Source: an uncultured Gammaproteobacteria bacterium | Lineage (GTDB): Bacteria; Patescibacteriota; Microgenomatia; Levybacterales; GWA1-39-11 | Assembly (NCBI GenBank): GCA_964537315.1 | Contig: CAZIAP010000001.1 | Location: 221,938 to 285,937 of the forward strand | Direction: 5' to 3' | Length of the DNA stretch: 64,000 nt | The notes under the pieces: model-generated | The model's database searches: none | What the model was told of the DNA's origin: nothing | Seen by the model: the letters and a program-made list of their open reading frames with translations, nothing else | Part shown: positions 52,285 through 61,541 of the stretch, one piece after another | Layout of the letters: every line of letters begins with the position of its first letter | Numbering within the stretch: the stretch's first letter is position 1 | Translations under genes and position numbers: made by a program

Positions 52285-53571
52285 CTAAGGTATAAATTTC
52301 TTGAGAAGTTTTCGCAGTTTGGATGTTATATCATTCACAGGTTTCATTGAAACCCCACTGAACGCTCCTTCCAAGAATGAACCTTCTACTCCCCTGAAAT
52401 CTCTCCCGTACATTAAAAGACCGATAGGGGTTGCGTAAGATGGATTTTCGACATCGTCTATAAGTCCGGTAATATTTTGAGGAACACCAATTCTGACTGG
52501 CATAGAAAGCATACGCTTCGCCGCATCTTCAGCACCTGCTGTCCGTGCTCCTCCTCCGGTAATCACAATCCCGGCAGGAGTCTGAGTACCCAATCCGCTT
52601 TTTTTGATCTCAAGCCCTATCATAGTAAATAATTCATTTAGTCTTGGTCGAATAATACCCTCAACGAGAGTTTTATATGATACTTTTTTGATCTCTTCAG
52701 AAATTCCCAAACTTGAGATATCTATTTCATCAGAGGGCTTTTCTCCATTGTCGGAAGCTTTATGTCGGTTATGTTTTGCAAAGTGCTGAGAAAGGTATAA
52801 CTTAATTTTCTCTGCGCTTTCTAGTGAGATTCTTAGTCCTATGGCAAGATCATTTGTAATATGACGCGCTCCTATAGGAATAACGCTGGAGTGTACAATA
52901 GTTCCATCAACATAGATACAAATATTAGTAATCCCAGCTCCGATGTCTGCCATGATTACACCCAACTCTTTTTCGGTCTCAGTCAAAACCGCAAGAGAAG
53001 AAGCAAAACCAGAGAACACCATTGCATTTACTTGCACTCCACCCTCTGTTTCAAGTACCCGCTGAATATTTTTAACTGACGTAGTGTTTGATGTAATTAT
53101 ATGAGTGTCTACTTCCAAACGAACACCTGTCATACCTACAGGGTCTTTAATACCAGGCTCTCCATCGACAGTAAAGGTTTTCGGCAGTACGTGCACAATT
53201 GATTTGGTAGTAGGGATCGAAACAGCCCCTGCAGCTTCTAAAACACGGTCGATATCAGTTGGTATAATCTCACCCTGAGGCTGAGAAATAGCTACGATTC
53301 CTTTTGAGTTCTGACTGTCTATGTGTACTCCGCTTATGGAAACAAACACCTTATCGATAGAGCTTCCAGCCATTCTTTCTGCTATATCCAGCGACTGATT
53401 CAGAGCATTAGCAGTATCTTCAATATCAACAATCTGACCCTTGCGGATACCTTTAGAAGGTACTTCAGATACACCAAGGATATTAATTACTTCCTCTTGT
53501 GCCTGACCAATGACGGTTGCAATTTTTGAAGACCCGATATCGACACCTACAACAATTTGAGAATCACGCAT
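52285..53571 (-). CDS. ftsA: Cell division protein FtsA
   Basis: DIGSSKI, PVGMTGVRLE, DIGAGIT, ITGGGA. Confidence 0.97.
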   Translation of the reverse strand: MRDSQIVVGVDIGSSKIATVIGQAQEEVINILGVSEVPSKGIRKGQIVDIEDTANALNQSLDIAERMAGSSIDKVFVSISGVHIDSQNSKGIVAISQPQGEIIPTDIDRVLEAAGAVSIPTTKSIVHVLPKTFTVDGEPGIKDPVGMTGVRLEVDTHIITSNTTSVKNIQRVLETEGGVQVNAMVFSGFASSLAVLTETEKELGVIMADIGAGITNICIYVDGTIVHSSVIPIGARHITNDLAIGLRISLESAEKIKLYLSQHFAKHNRHKASDNGEKPSDEIDISSLGISEEIKKVSYKTLVEGIIRPRLNELFTMIGLEIKKSGLGTQTPAGIVITGGGARTAGAEDAAKRMLSMPVRIGVPQNITGLIDDVENPSYATPIGLLMYGRDFRGVEGSFLEGAFSGVSMKPVNDITSKLRKLLKKFIP

Positions 53572-53589
53572 AGTCTATTTAAGTATACA

Positions 53590-54012
53590 CTAGAATTTCA
53601 CAACAGGCTTTCCAAAACGAAAATCGATCCGTTCAGGCTGCTTATTATCTATTGTAAGCTTATAGATTATTGAATGTAAAGAGGTTATTTGCCACTCTAT
53701 ATCATACTCGCTAGAAAACAGTACCTTTGGTCCATTGTCCAGCTCTACAGTAAGAACTGATTTATTTAATGAAAGGGTTTTAGACTTAACAGTAAAACCT
53801 TTGTCTTTCAGCTTCTCATCTATATCTGAAAACTGATTCTGGCGTAGGTAGGGACTTGCAAATACTGTCTGCTCAGGAGTGAGAAAGTGCAAGATTTTCC
53901 CGCCTGTGTATAGTAAGCCTGCGAGTAAAAATACTAATCCGGCAAATAGGAATAAAATCTTATAAAGTTTGGATGTTTTAGTATTACTTCTTTTTATTTT
54001 TCTTTTTCTCAT
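53590..54012 (-). CDS. Reduced FtsQ/DivIB-like bitopic protein
   Basis: Lies between murG and ftsA; basic N-terminus, TM, C-terminal IDFRFGKPVV (FtsQ-like DLR motif); start moved to MRKRK. Confidence 0.65.
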   Translation of the reverse strand: MRKRKIKRSNTKTSKLYKILFLFAGLVFLLAGLLYTGGKILHFLTPEQTVFASPYLRQNQFSDIDEKLKDKGFTVKSKTLSLNKSVLTVELDNGPKVLFSSEYDIEWQITSLHSIIYKLTIDNKQPERIDFRFGKPVVKF

Positions 54013-55108
54013 ACTGGGCAGTAAGTTCAGCGACAATACGTTTTGCGCTATCAACAAAAATGTATTTATCTATTATACCCTGTGTTACTTTGTATTTTTC
54101 AATATCACTTACCATATCATCTATAGTCTGCACGAGTAGATCAGCCGTCAGGTCTTTCTGTTCTACTATCTTTCCTAGACCAAGACTCTCGATTAATCGC
54201 GCATTTTGAAGTTGCTCTCCTGTCTGACCATGAGATAAAGGAATTAAAATGCTTGGTTTATTACAAGCAATAAGTTCTAAAGCTGTATTTGCCCCAGATC
54301 GTCCGATGACCAATGTTGCATTTTTGTACACGTACCCTATCTCAGTAGGAAAAATAAATTTTCGTGGAATATATCGATCACGAATATCCGAATTTAGTCG
54401 GGCTTTTATTTGTTCTGAAGCCTGAAAGTCATTGAATTCATTCTCCCCTGTCTGGTGAATTACAATATATTTTTTTACTAACTCTGAAATTGCACTATTA
54501 ACCGTACGATTGATTACATGAGATCCGGTACTTCCTCCGGTAATATACAGAATAGGATAACCCTTAGGATGCATTATTTTGTCTTGGACTGAATAAATAC
54601 TATCACGTACAGGATTACCCGTAACTACAACCCTATTATGAGAAATTATATCTTTTGATGACTCAAATGAGACACATACTACACTTGCAACTTTGGATAT
54701 TATCTTATTTGATAGTCCCATCCTTTGTGTCTGCTCGTGTGTAACTACAGGAATACCTAACATCCATGCAGCATAGGCAATAGGAAGAGCAAGATATCCA
54801 CCGAAAGTAAGTACAACATCCGGTTTTGAGCTATTTAAAATCTTAATTGCATTAAAAAGTCCTAATGGAGTTCTTATCAGAGAAGTTATGGTATGTCTTG
54901 TGAATTTGCGTTGAAGTCTACCTGTTTTTAACTCAATAAACGGGAGATTTAGCTCCTTGCTAACTTTAAACTCAAAAGAGTCAGACGTCTTATCACCTTC
55001 AAACGGGTGACGTCTTCCGACAATCACAACTTCTGCATTAATCTTCTGCAGTTCTTCTATCACAGAGTATGCCGGAGAAAAATGTCCTCCTGTCAACAGT
55101 ACTTTCAT
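53984..55108 (-). CDS. murG: Undecaprenyl-PP-MurNAc-pentapeptide GlcNAc transferase
   Basis: TGGH, FGGY, HEQ, TGNPVR, GGSTGS, RSGANT, EQLQNA. Confidence 0.95.
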   Translation of the reverse strand: MKVLLTGGHFSPAYSVIEELQKINAEVVIVGRRHPFEGDKTSDSFEFKVSKELNLPFIELKTGRLQRKFTRHTITSLIRTPLGLFNAIKILNSSKPDVVLTFGGYLALPIAYAAWMLGIPVVTHEQTQRMGLSNKIISKVASVVCVSFESSKDIISHNRVVVTGNPVRDSIYSVQDKIMHPKGYPILYITGGSTGSHVINRTVNSAISELVKKYIVIHQTGENEFNDFQASEQIKARLNSDIRDRYIPRKFIFPTEIGYVYKNATLVIGRSGANTALELIACNKPSILIPLSHGQTGEQLQNARLIESLGLGKIVEQKDLTADLLVQTIDDMVSDIEKYKVTQGIIDKYIFVDSAKRIVAELTAQYEKKKNKKK

Positions 55109-56196
55109 CTTTTTCTTGTTGCTCCTTTCCCTGAAAAACGTGCAATAGACATCATTATTCCGATAGCCGCAAAGTTAATAAGCATCGATGATCCTCCGTA
55201 TGAAATAAACGGCAGTGGAACACCAGTTAAGGGAACAATAACCACTTGTGACCCCAGATTTAAAAAGGACTGAATACATAAAAATGTAATAATTCCTATA
55301 CCCAAAAGCATTCCAAACGCATCAGGCGACCTAAACGCAATAAGAAAACCAATATACAACTGTAAACCGATTATACCAAGAAGTAAAAGAGAGCCTAAAA
55401 ATCCTGTTTCCTCCGCGTACATTGCAAAGATTGAATCTGTTGTATTTTCAGGTACGTATGCATATTTTTGTACAGAGTTACCTAAGCCAACCCCAGTCAA
55501 TCCTCCAGACCCTACAGCAATTAGTACCTGACGTATATGATATGAAGTAGTCGAAAGATCGTTTACATCAAAATTTTGAAACGCCATAAAACGTTCAACT
55601 CGGTATGGTTCGAGCTTGATAAGCATTACGATACCTAACACCATAATAATCCCTAGCAAAGCCATCTCTGTCCATTTGGTACCCGCCAAAAAATAAACAG
55701 TAATTGACATCGTAGAAACCACTAACGCTGTCCCCAAGTCCGGTTCCATCGCAACAAGTCCTACACACAGTAGAAATAAAATCAAAAAAGCAGGAAGTCT
55801 TTTTTCTTCTTTTTTAGATAGCCAAGCGGCTAAATAAATTGTGAGTGAGATTTTCAAAAGCTCTGAAGGCTGAATTACGATAAAGCCCAGATCTATCCAG
55901 CGGTGTGATCCTTTTAACTCCAGTCCTATTCCAGGTAAAAAAACCGCTACTAAAAGCACAATTGTTCCTATCAAAATTGGTAGTGCCAATGGATATGCTT
56001 TTCTATAATCGAAACGTGAAATTACACCTGCGACTACAAGACCTCCTAGTACCCAAATTAACTGATTTTTCACAAAATGGTACTTATCACCTATATTGAG
56101 AAGTGCAGTATAAGACGAACTTTCATAAAGGATAAACACTCCCAAGAGTGACAACAACAGCGTAATCAGGAATAGAAAAATACCAAGTTTTTGCAT
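55105..56196 (-). CDS. ftsW: SEDS cell division protein FtsW
   Basis: GSHRWI, QPSELLK, EPDLG, GVPLPFISYGGSS; dcw position. Confidence 0.93.
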   Translation of the reverse strand: MQKLGIFLFLITLLLSLLGVFILYESSSYTALLNIGDKYHFVKNQLIWVLGGLVVAGVISRFDYRKAYPLALPILIGTIVLLVAVFLPGIGLELKGSHRWIDLGFIVIQPSELLKISLTIYLAAWLSKKEEKRLPAFLILFLLCVGLVAMEPDLGTALVVSTMSITVYFLAGTKWTEMALLGIIMVLGIVMLIKLEPYRVERFMAFQNFDVNDLSTTSYHIRQVLIAVGSGGLTGVGLGNSVQKYAYVPENTTDSIFAMYAEETGFLGSLLLLGIIGLQLYIGFLIAFRSPDAFGMLLGIGIITFLCIQSFLNLGSQVVIVPLTGVPLPFISYGGSSMLINFAAIGIMMSIARFSGKGATRKR

Positions 56197-56220
56197 ATCA
56201 CTGCGTGTCCGGGAAATAAA

Positions 56221-57228
56221 TTATTTAATAAAGGCAATATATAGTCCGAGCAGCGCGAATAAAATTCCAATCAGCCAAGCCCTCATGACAATTTTCGGTT
56301 CTTCCCAACCTTTTTTTTGAAAATACAGATGTATAGGGGCGATTGGAAGGAACCGGCGGTTAAAGTATTTTTTACCAACAATTTGAATAAGCGATGATGC
56401 AACTTCCAGTACAAAAACTCCTCCAATTACGGCTAAAGCAGATGTTTTACCAGTTAGTAATCCAATTACAGCGAGTACCGCACCCAGAGATAAAGACCCG
56501 ACATCTCCCAGCCAAATACGCGCAGGGAAAACATTAAAGTAAAGGAATGCTAGAACCGCACCTAGCACAATCGCAATAAATATTGCCAAGAAACTATCTA
56601 ACATGCTATGAGAAATTACAAGAAAAGCAATTACGCTTATCAAGAACAATCCTGATGCGAGGCCATCTAAACCATCAGTAATGTTCATCGCGTTTGCGAA
56701 AGAAACTATAATGAAAGCGGCAAAAAGTATAAAAGCTATACCCATCGTAATTTGCCCGAGCCAATGCACATATACAAATGAATATCCTAACTGAAAATAG
56801 AATACACAGCCAATAATTAGCGCCAGTATCCATTGAATTATAAATTTTTGCCTGAAGCGTAAACCAAAAAATGAGGATCCGGATTTGAATGTTTTCTTAA
56901 TGTCATCATAAAAACCTAGTAAACCAAATCCCACAAATGAAAAAAGAAGTACAAACAGTTCCCAGAACTTTACTTCTACTGAAAACAAACCATATGCCCA
57001 AAGTGTAAGTAAGGTCACGACAAAAATTATTAGCAAACCTCCTCCAATTGGAGTACCGACTTTCCACCTACTCATCTTGTCAAATTCAGGGGTCAATTTA
57101 TTCAACGGGTCTCTTGTTTTCTGCATCTGGCGCTGAAACTTTAGTTTGTATAAAAAGTCAATAAAAGGCACCAAAAGCATCGCCGTAATAAAAAATGATA
57201 GAATCGCAAAACCGAAAATTTTATCCAT
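56221..57228 (-). CDS. mraY: Phospho-N-acetylmuramoyl-pentapeptide transferase
   Basis: GTPIGGG, GFYDD, NAMNITDGLDGL, LGDVGS, APIH. Confidence 0.96.
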   Translation of the reverse strand: MDKIFGFAILSFFITAMLLVPFIDFLYKLKFQRQMQKTRDPLNKLTPEFDKMSRWKVGTPIGGGLLIIFVVTLLTLWAYGLFSVEVKFWELFVLLFSFVGFGLLGFYDDIKKTFKSGSSFFGLRFRQKFIIQWILALIIGCVFYFQLGYSFVYVHWLGQITMGIAFILFAAFIIVSFANAMNITDGLDGLASGLFLISVIAFLVISHSMLDSFLAIFIAIVLGAVLAFLYFNVFPARIWLGDVGSLSLGAVLAVIGLLTGKTSALAVIGGVFVLEVASSLIQIVGKKYFNRRFLPIAPIHLYFQKKGWEEPKIVMRAWLIGILFALLGLYIAFIK

Positions 57229-57271
57229 AATGTTATTATATGCTTGTTAACCTACTCAAACAAGTCAGCAG

Positions 57272-58897
57272 TTATGAGTTTTTGTATACGGGGTTATGTA
57301 TTAACAGGTCGAGAACCGACTGAGACTCCTTCCCTTCAAAAATAACTATATCTTTTGTTCCATACTCTTGCTTAATCAGCTCACTCATTTTCTTTGGAGA
57401 AGCAACAGTTACTTTACATTTGTTTCCTGAATCATTGATCCCTTTAATAATCTGTGTATAGAAATTTTTATTCATTAAAAATAAATGGTCACAAACCTTA
57501 CCAATTTGCTGTCCAATTTCATAGTGATTTTGCTTTCCGTTCTTTCCGAGTTCAATCATCGGTTGAAGCACTAAAACTTTTTTTCCTTTTTGGTGTGATA
57601 AATATTCGACTGCTGACAGGACTGATGCCGGATTTGCGTTATATGTATCGTCTATATAAAGTACGTCGTTTTCTCCTATAAAAGGTTCCATTGTTTTATA
57701 TAATGGCTTAATTAATCGAAGTGCTTCTGTGATCTCAGATTTTGTCATTTTTAGCTGTTGACCTACAAATATTCCCGGAAGAATATTTTGTATGTGGTGT
57801 TCTCCTACCAGATCAACACGTAATCTTCGATACTCTTTATTTCCTACCAATGCATCAAATGTCAAAAAAGTAGGATGTACTTTAACATTGTGTGCGACGA
57901 TCTGTGCATTATGTTGAGATTTATTGCCTGTGTAATATAAATATTTTTTTCTTCTCCGCGTGTGTCGGAAAAGTTCAGAACTGTTTTCATTATTTCCGTT
58001 AAACAGGGCTATTCCATCAGAAGGCAATGATTCAATTAGTTCATATTTTGCCCTTTTTGTATTCTCTACACTTCCAAATAATGAAACGTGTTGATCATTT
58101 ACTGCAGTCAGAACTCCAATTTTAGGTCTTACAAACTCACACATTTCAGCAATCTCACCAATTTTATAAGCTCCCATCTCTGCTATAAAAATTTCAGTAC
58201 TTTTGTTTAATTTTGAGATAATGACACGCGCAATTCCGATGGGGGTATTGTGTGTGGAAGGAGTTTTTAAAGTATTAAACTTGGAAGATAAAATTGTATA
58301 CATGTACTCTTTGGTCGAGCCTTTTCCATAACTTCCTGTAATGCCGATTACAAGAAGTTTTTTATATCTTCGGATTTTCTTAATTGCTTTGTTGATTTGA
58401 GTGTCTTTATAAAAAATTGAAGGAAAGGAAAAAAGACCCATCAAAACTGCTATTATTCCTACCACTAATTTATCAATAAATACTAACCAGAAAAATCTAT
58501 CTAGTAATGGGATAAAAAGAAAAAGGAAAACTAACGCTACAGTACCTCCAGCAATTAATATTAATTTGGGAGTAAAAACAGGCAGCTTAACTTTTTTTTG
58601 AATTATATCTAACAAAAATCGGACTGCTTCATACGCGTAAATACCACACACTGCCCATGGCACTAAAGGATAATACTCAGAATAAAAAATGGTGAAAAAG
58701 TAAAAAAAAATTACTGCAGTTTTAGCGACTGGTTCAAAACCCAGTACCAATGATCGTCCTTGTTTTGTTTCCCGAACATGAACAATTAGCCGGTCAAGAC
58801 GGTATTCTTTGATCTGCCATAAATATAACCAATAGATAATAGTACGTACTAGATGAATTATGAACAAACAGTACGTTACGGTAAATAATATGTCCAT
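57272..58897 (-). CDS. murF: MurF ligase with an N-terminal multi-TM extension
   Basis: WQIKEYR TM region; GITGSYGKGSTKE, NTPIG, EMGA, DDTYNANP, MIELG. Confidence 0.88.
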   Translation of the reverse strand: MDILFTVTYCLFIIHLVRTIIYWLYLWQIKEYRLDRLIVHVRETKQGRSLVLGFEPVAKTAVIFFYFFTIFYSEYYPLVPWAVCGIYAYEAVRFLLDIIQKKVKLPVFTPKLILIAGGTVALVFLFLFIPLLDRFFWLVFIDKLVVGIIAVLMGLFSFPSIFYKDTQINKAIKKIRRYKKLLVIGITGSYGKGSTKEYMYTILSSKFNTLKTPSTHNTPIGIARVIISKLNKSTEIFIAEMGAYKIGEIAEMCEFVRPKIGVLTAVNDQHVSLFGSVENTKRAKYELIESLPSDGIALFNGNNENSSELFRHTRRRKKYLYYTGNKSQHNAQIVAHNVKVHPTFLTFDALVGNKEYRRLRVDLVGEHHIQNILPGIFVGQQLKMTKSEITEALRLIKPLYKTMEPFIGENDVLYIDDTYNANPASVLSAVEYLSHQKGKKVLVLQPMIELGKNGKQNHYEIGQQIGKVCDHLFLMNKNFYTQIIKGINDSGNKCKVTVASPKKMSELIKQEYGTKDIVIFEGKESQSVLDLLIHNPVYKNS

Positions 58898-58994
58898 ATA
58901 TGATATAGCGCTATTATAAAAGACATCCGACTTAAAAGCCAGCTTCTTTTATTATATAGTGAGCTACATGGATAGAGAAATAATTAGAGGGTAT

Positions 58995-59453
58995 TTATAT
59001 TAATGTATCGATCATCAATCGGTATACATTTGTATTTCGTTTTTTAAATCCTAAACGCTGGTATAGATGATTTGCTGCTTCTCTCTCAGGTCGAGAAGTC
59101 AAACCAATATAGGTAAGTCCTAGTTCTCTGGCTTTACCGATTCCTGCATACATTAACTTTTCCCCAAGACCGTTACCTCTGTACACTTCGTCTACAACAA
59201 CATCTTCTATATATCCGCGAGTTGCGCTAGGAGTACTGTACGTTACCAAAGTAAGTGTTCCGACAATTGCGTCGTTTTCTTCAGCTTTTGCAACAAATAA
59301 ATACGTGTTAGGGACATCAATTATTTTTTGCAGATCATTTAGAGTAAGTGAACGAATATCGGGATTTAGCTGCCTCATCAAATTGTTTAGAGCTGTTAGG
59401 GTTTCCTCAGATACCCTCGTAACTTGGTCAATGTAAAATTTTTGATCATTCAT
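58995..59453 (-). CDS. GNAT acetyltransferase, GNA1-like
   Basis: GYIEDVVVD..YRGNGLG, LTS...ANHLYQRLGF. Confidence 0.85.
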   Translation of the reverse strand: MNDQKFYIDQVTRVSEETLTALNNLMRQLNPDIRSLTLNDLQKIIDVPNTYLFVAKAEENDAIVGTLTLVTYSTPSATRGYIEDVVVDEVYRGNGLGEKLMYAGIGKARELGLTYIGLTSRPEREAANHLYQRLGFKKRNTNVYRLMIDTLI

Positions 59454-59454
59454 A

Positions 59455-60198
59455 TTATGCTACTATTAGCTTCTCTGCTTCTTTTAACTCTTCGGGCGTA
59501 TTAATTCCCCTCCAGTTTAGTCCTTTTACAGTATGTGTAGTGATTTTCTTCTTCTCTTGTACTGCTTTTTCGATTAATGCAGTTATATAATACTCTCCTG
59601 TTACCGGGCTTTTCTGCAATGATTCAAGTTCTTCTTTTAAGAAAGAATAATCAAACATATAACATGCAGGATTAATTTCTTGTATCATTCTCTGTTCTTC
59701 AGTAGCGTCCTTTTCTTCGATTATTCCTATCACTTCATTATTTTGGTTTCGAAGAATTCTTCCAAGTCCGGTCGGATTTTCCATTATCAAAGTCAGAAAT
59801 GAAACCGCAGCTTGTTCATCTTTGTGTTTTTTATATAGCTCACTCAAAATTTCAGGAGTAAAAACATACGAATCATCACCGTTTAAAACTAAAACTGTCT
59901 GTGCGTCTTGAATTTTTTCAAGAGCAACTTTCACAGCGTGACCCGTTCCCAGCTGCTCTGTCTGCTCAGCAATAACTACATCACCATCCAAACACTTAAG
60001 TATAGATTCCTTGGCAAACCCAACAACTACTGCAATATTATGAATCCCCGCTTTTCTAAGATTCGATACTGTATGTGAAATAATTGGTTTTCCTGCAAGT
60101 GGAAGCGCTACCTTATTAATGTCTTTAGAGTTCATGCGGGTACCTTTTCCCGCTGCCATAACAATTGCCCACACTGATTCAAGAGATTGATCTGTCAT
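59455..60198 (-). CDS. GlmU-like uridyltransferase domain only (no acetyltransferase beta-helix)
   Basis: MAAGKGTRM.S...K, QLGTGHAV, LNGD, GLGRI, IIEEKDA, EIN, GEYYIT, GINT; ends at 247 aa. Confidence 0.88.
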   Translation of the reverse strand: MTDQSLESVWAIVMAAGKGTRMNSKDINKVALPLAGKPIISHTVSNLRKAGIHNIAVVVGFAKESILKCLDGDVVIAEQTEQLGTGHAVKVALEKIQDAQTVLVLNGDDSYVFTPEILSELYKKHKDEQAAVSFLTLIMENPTGLGRILRNQNNEVIGIIEEKDATEEQRMIQEINPACYMFDYSFLKEELESLQKSPVTGEYYITALIEKAVQEKKKITTHTVKGLNWRGINTPEELKEAEKLIVA

Positions 60199-61523
60199 AC
60201 TTTTTCGTCTAATACTTCAATCTTTGCGCCTAATGCCTGAAGTCTTTCGTGAAAGCTCTCGTAACCTCTTTCTACTTGCTCTATGCCAAACACAACACTT
60301 TCTCCGTTTGCAAGAAGAGAGGCAATAACCAGAGTAGCACCTGCTCGAAGATCATATACAGTTAACACGCCTTCGTGGAGTTTGGTTTTTCCTCGTATCT
60401 TAAGTCCCTGTTCATAGACTTTTTCAGAGTCATAATTGAAATTGTATGTTTTTTCTGGATTTTGAACTTCCGGAGAAAACATTTCGAGTTTGGCTCCCAT
60501 TTTTGCAAGCTCTGTAACATACGCAAATCTATTTTCATAAATTGTCTCGTGAATGATTGACTCTCCATCTGCCTGTGTCATCAAAATTGACCATGGACCT
60601 TGCCAGTCAGTCATAAATCCTGGATGCGGTTCCGTGATAACATCTACTGGTTTTATCCCATTGGGCATATAAAACCTAACCGCTCCATTATTCTCGTCCC
60701 ATTCGCCTCCTGCTTTTTTGAATACATCTAGAAATGTTTGCATGTCGGAAAGCTCAGCATTTTTCATCAGCACTTTCCCGCCTGTTACAGCTGAGATCAC
60801 AGCAAATGTTACTGATTCATTTCTGTCAGGCATAATAGTATGTGTAGCTCCATGAAGTGTTTCAACACCATTTATTTCGATCGTACGTGGCGCAGTTCTA
60901 GTTACGTCCGCCCCCATATTATTGAGCAATAAAATTAAATCGTCAATCTCTGGTTCTTGAGCTGCATTATGTAGAACAGTTTTTCCTTTTGCCAGCACGG
61001 CTGCCAAGATGAGTGTTTCTGTACCGGTGTGTGTATTTTTTTCAAATGTATACTCTGTCCCTACTAATCCATCAGTACTCGCATGAAAGTATCCATCTGC
61101 ACTGGTATACCCGATAGTTGCCCCCATTCGTTCCAGACCCTCAATATGTCTATCAATTGGACGTGCACCTATACGACACCCGCCTGGGTTTGGAATCTGC
61201 GCTTCTTTTGTTCTCGCCAAAAGAGGGGCTAGAAACATGGAAGAAGTTTTAACTTTTGCGCCGATATCAAGAGGTATTTTATTTTTAAGAACCTGTTTCA
61301 CCCTTACTCTAACTGTGTGATCCTGCAATTCCACTTCTCCCCCAATCGCTTTAATAAGATCAAGCATTATCAGAAAGTCACTTATTAGCGGAACGTTCTG
61401 CAAAATCACCTCTTCACTCGTTAGACAAGAAGCGATCAAAGCTTTTGTGACGACATTTTTTGATCCAGAGATAACTACTTCCCCTTGTAATGGCAGCCCT
61501 CCTGTAATTTTATATCTTTTCAT
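60195..61523 (-). CDS. murA: UDP-GlcNAc 1-carboxyvinyltransferase
   Basis: SGSKN, PGGCRIGARPIDRH, EPEIDDL, PHPGFMTD, DLRAGA. Confidence 0.97.
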   Translation of the reverse strand: MKRYKITGGLPLQGEVVISGSKNVVTKALIASCLTSEEVILQNVPLISDFLIMLDLIKAIGGEVELQDHTVRVRVKQVLKNKIPLDIGAKVKTSSMFLAPLLARTKEAQIPNPGGCRIGARPIDRHIEGLERMGATIGYTSADGYFHASTDGLVGTEYTFEKNTHTGTETLILAAVLAKGKTVLHNAAQEPEIDDLILLLNNMGADVTRTAPRTIEINGVETLHGATHTIMPDRNESVTFAVISAVTGGKVLMKNAELSDMQTFLDVFKKAGGEWDENNGAVRFYMPNGIKPVDVITEPHPGFMTDWQGPWSILMTQADGESIIHETIYENRFAYVTELAKMGAKLEMFSPEVQNPEKTYNFNYDSEKVYEQGLKIRGKTKLHEGVLTVYDLRAGATLVIASLLANGESVVFGIEQVERGYESFHERLQALGAKIEVLDEKV

Positions 61524-61541
61524 AAATCTCCATACTCTATA

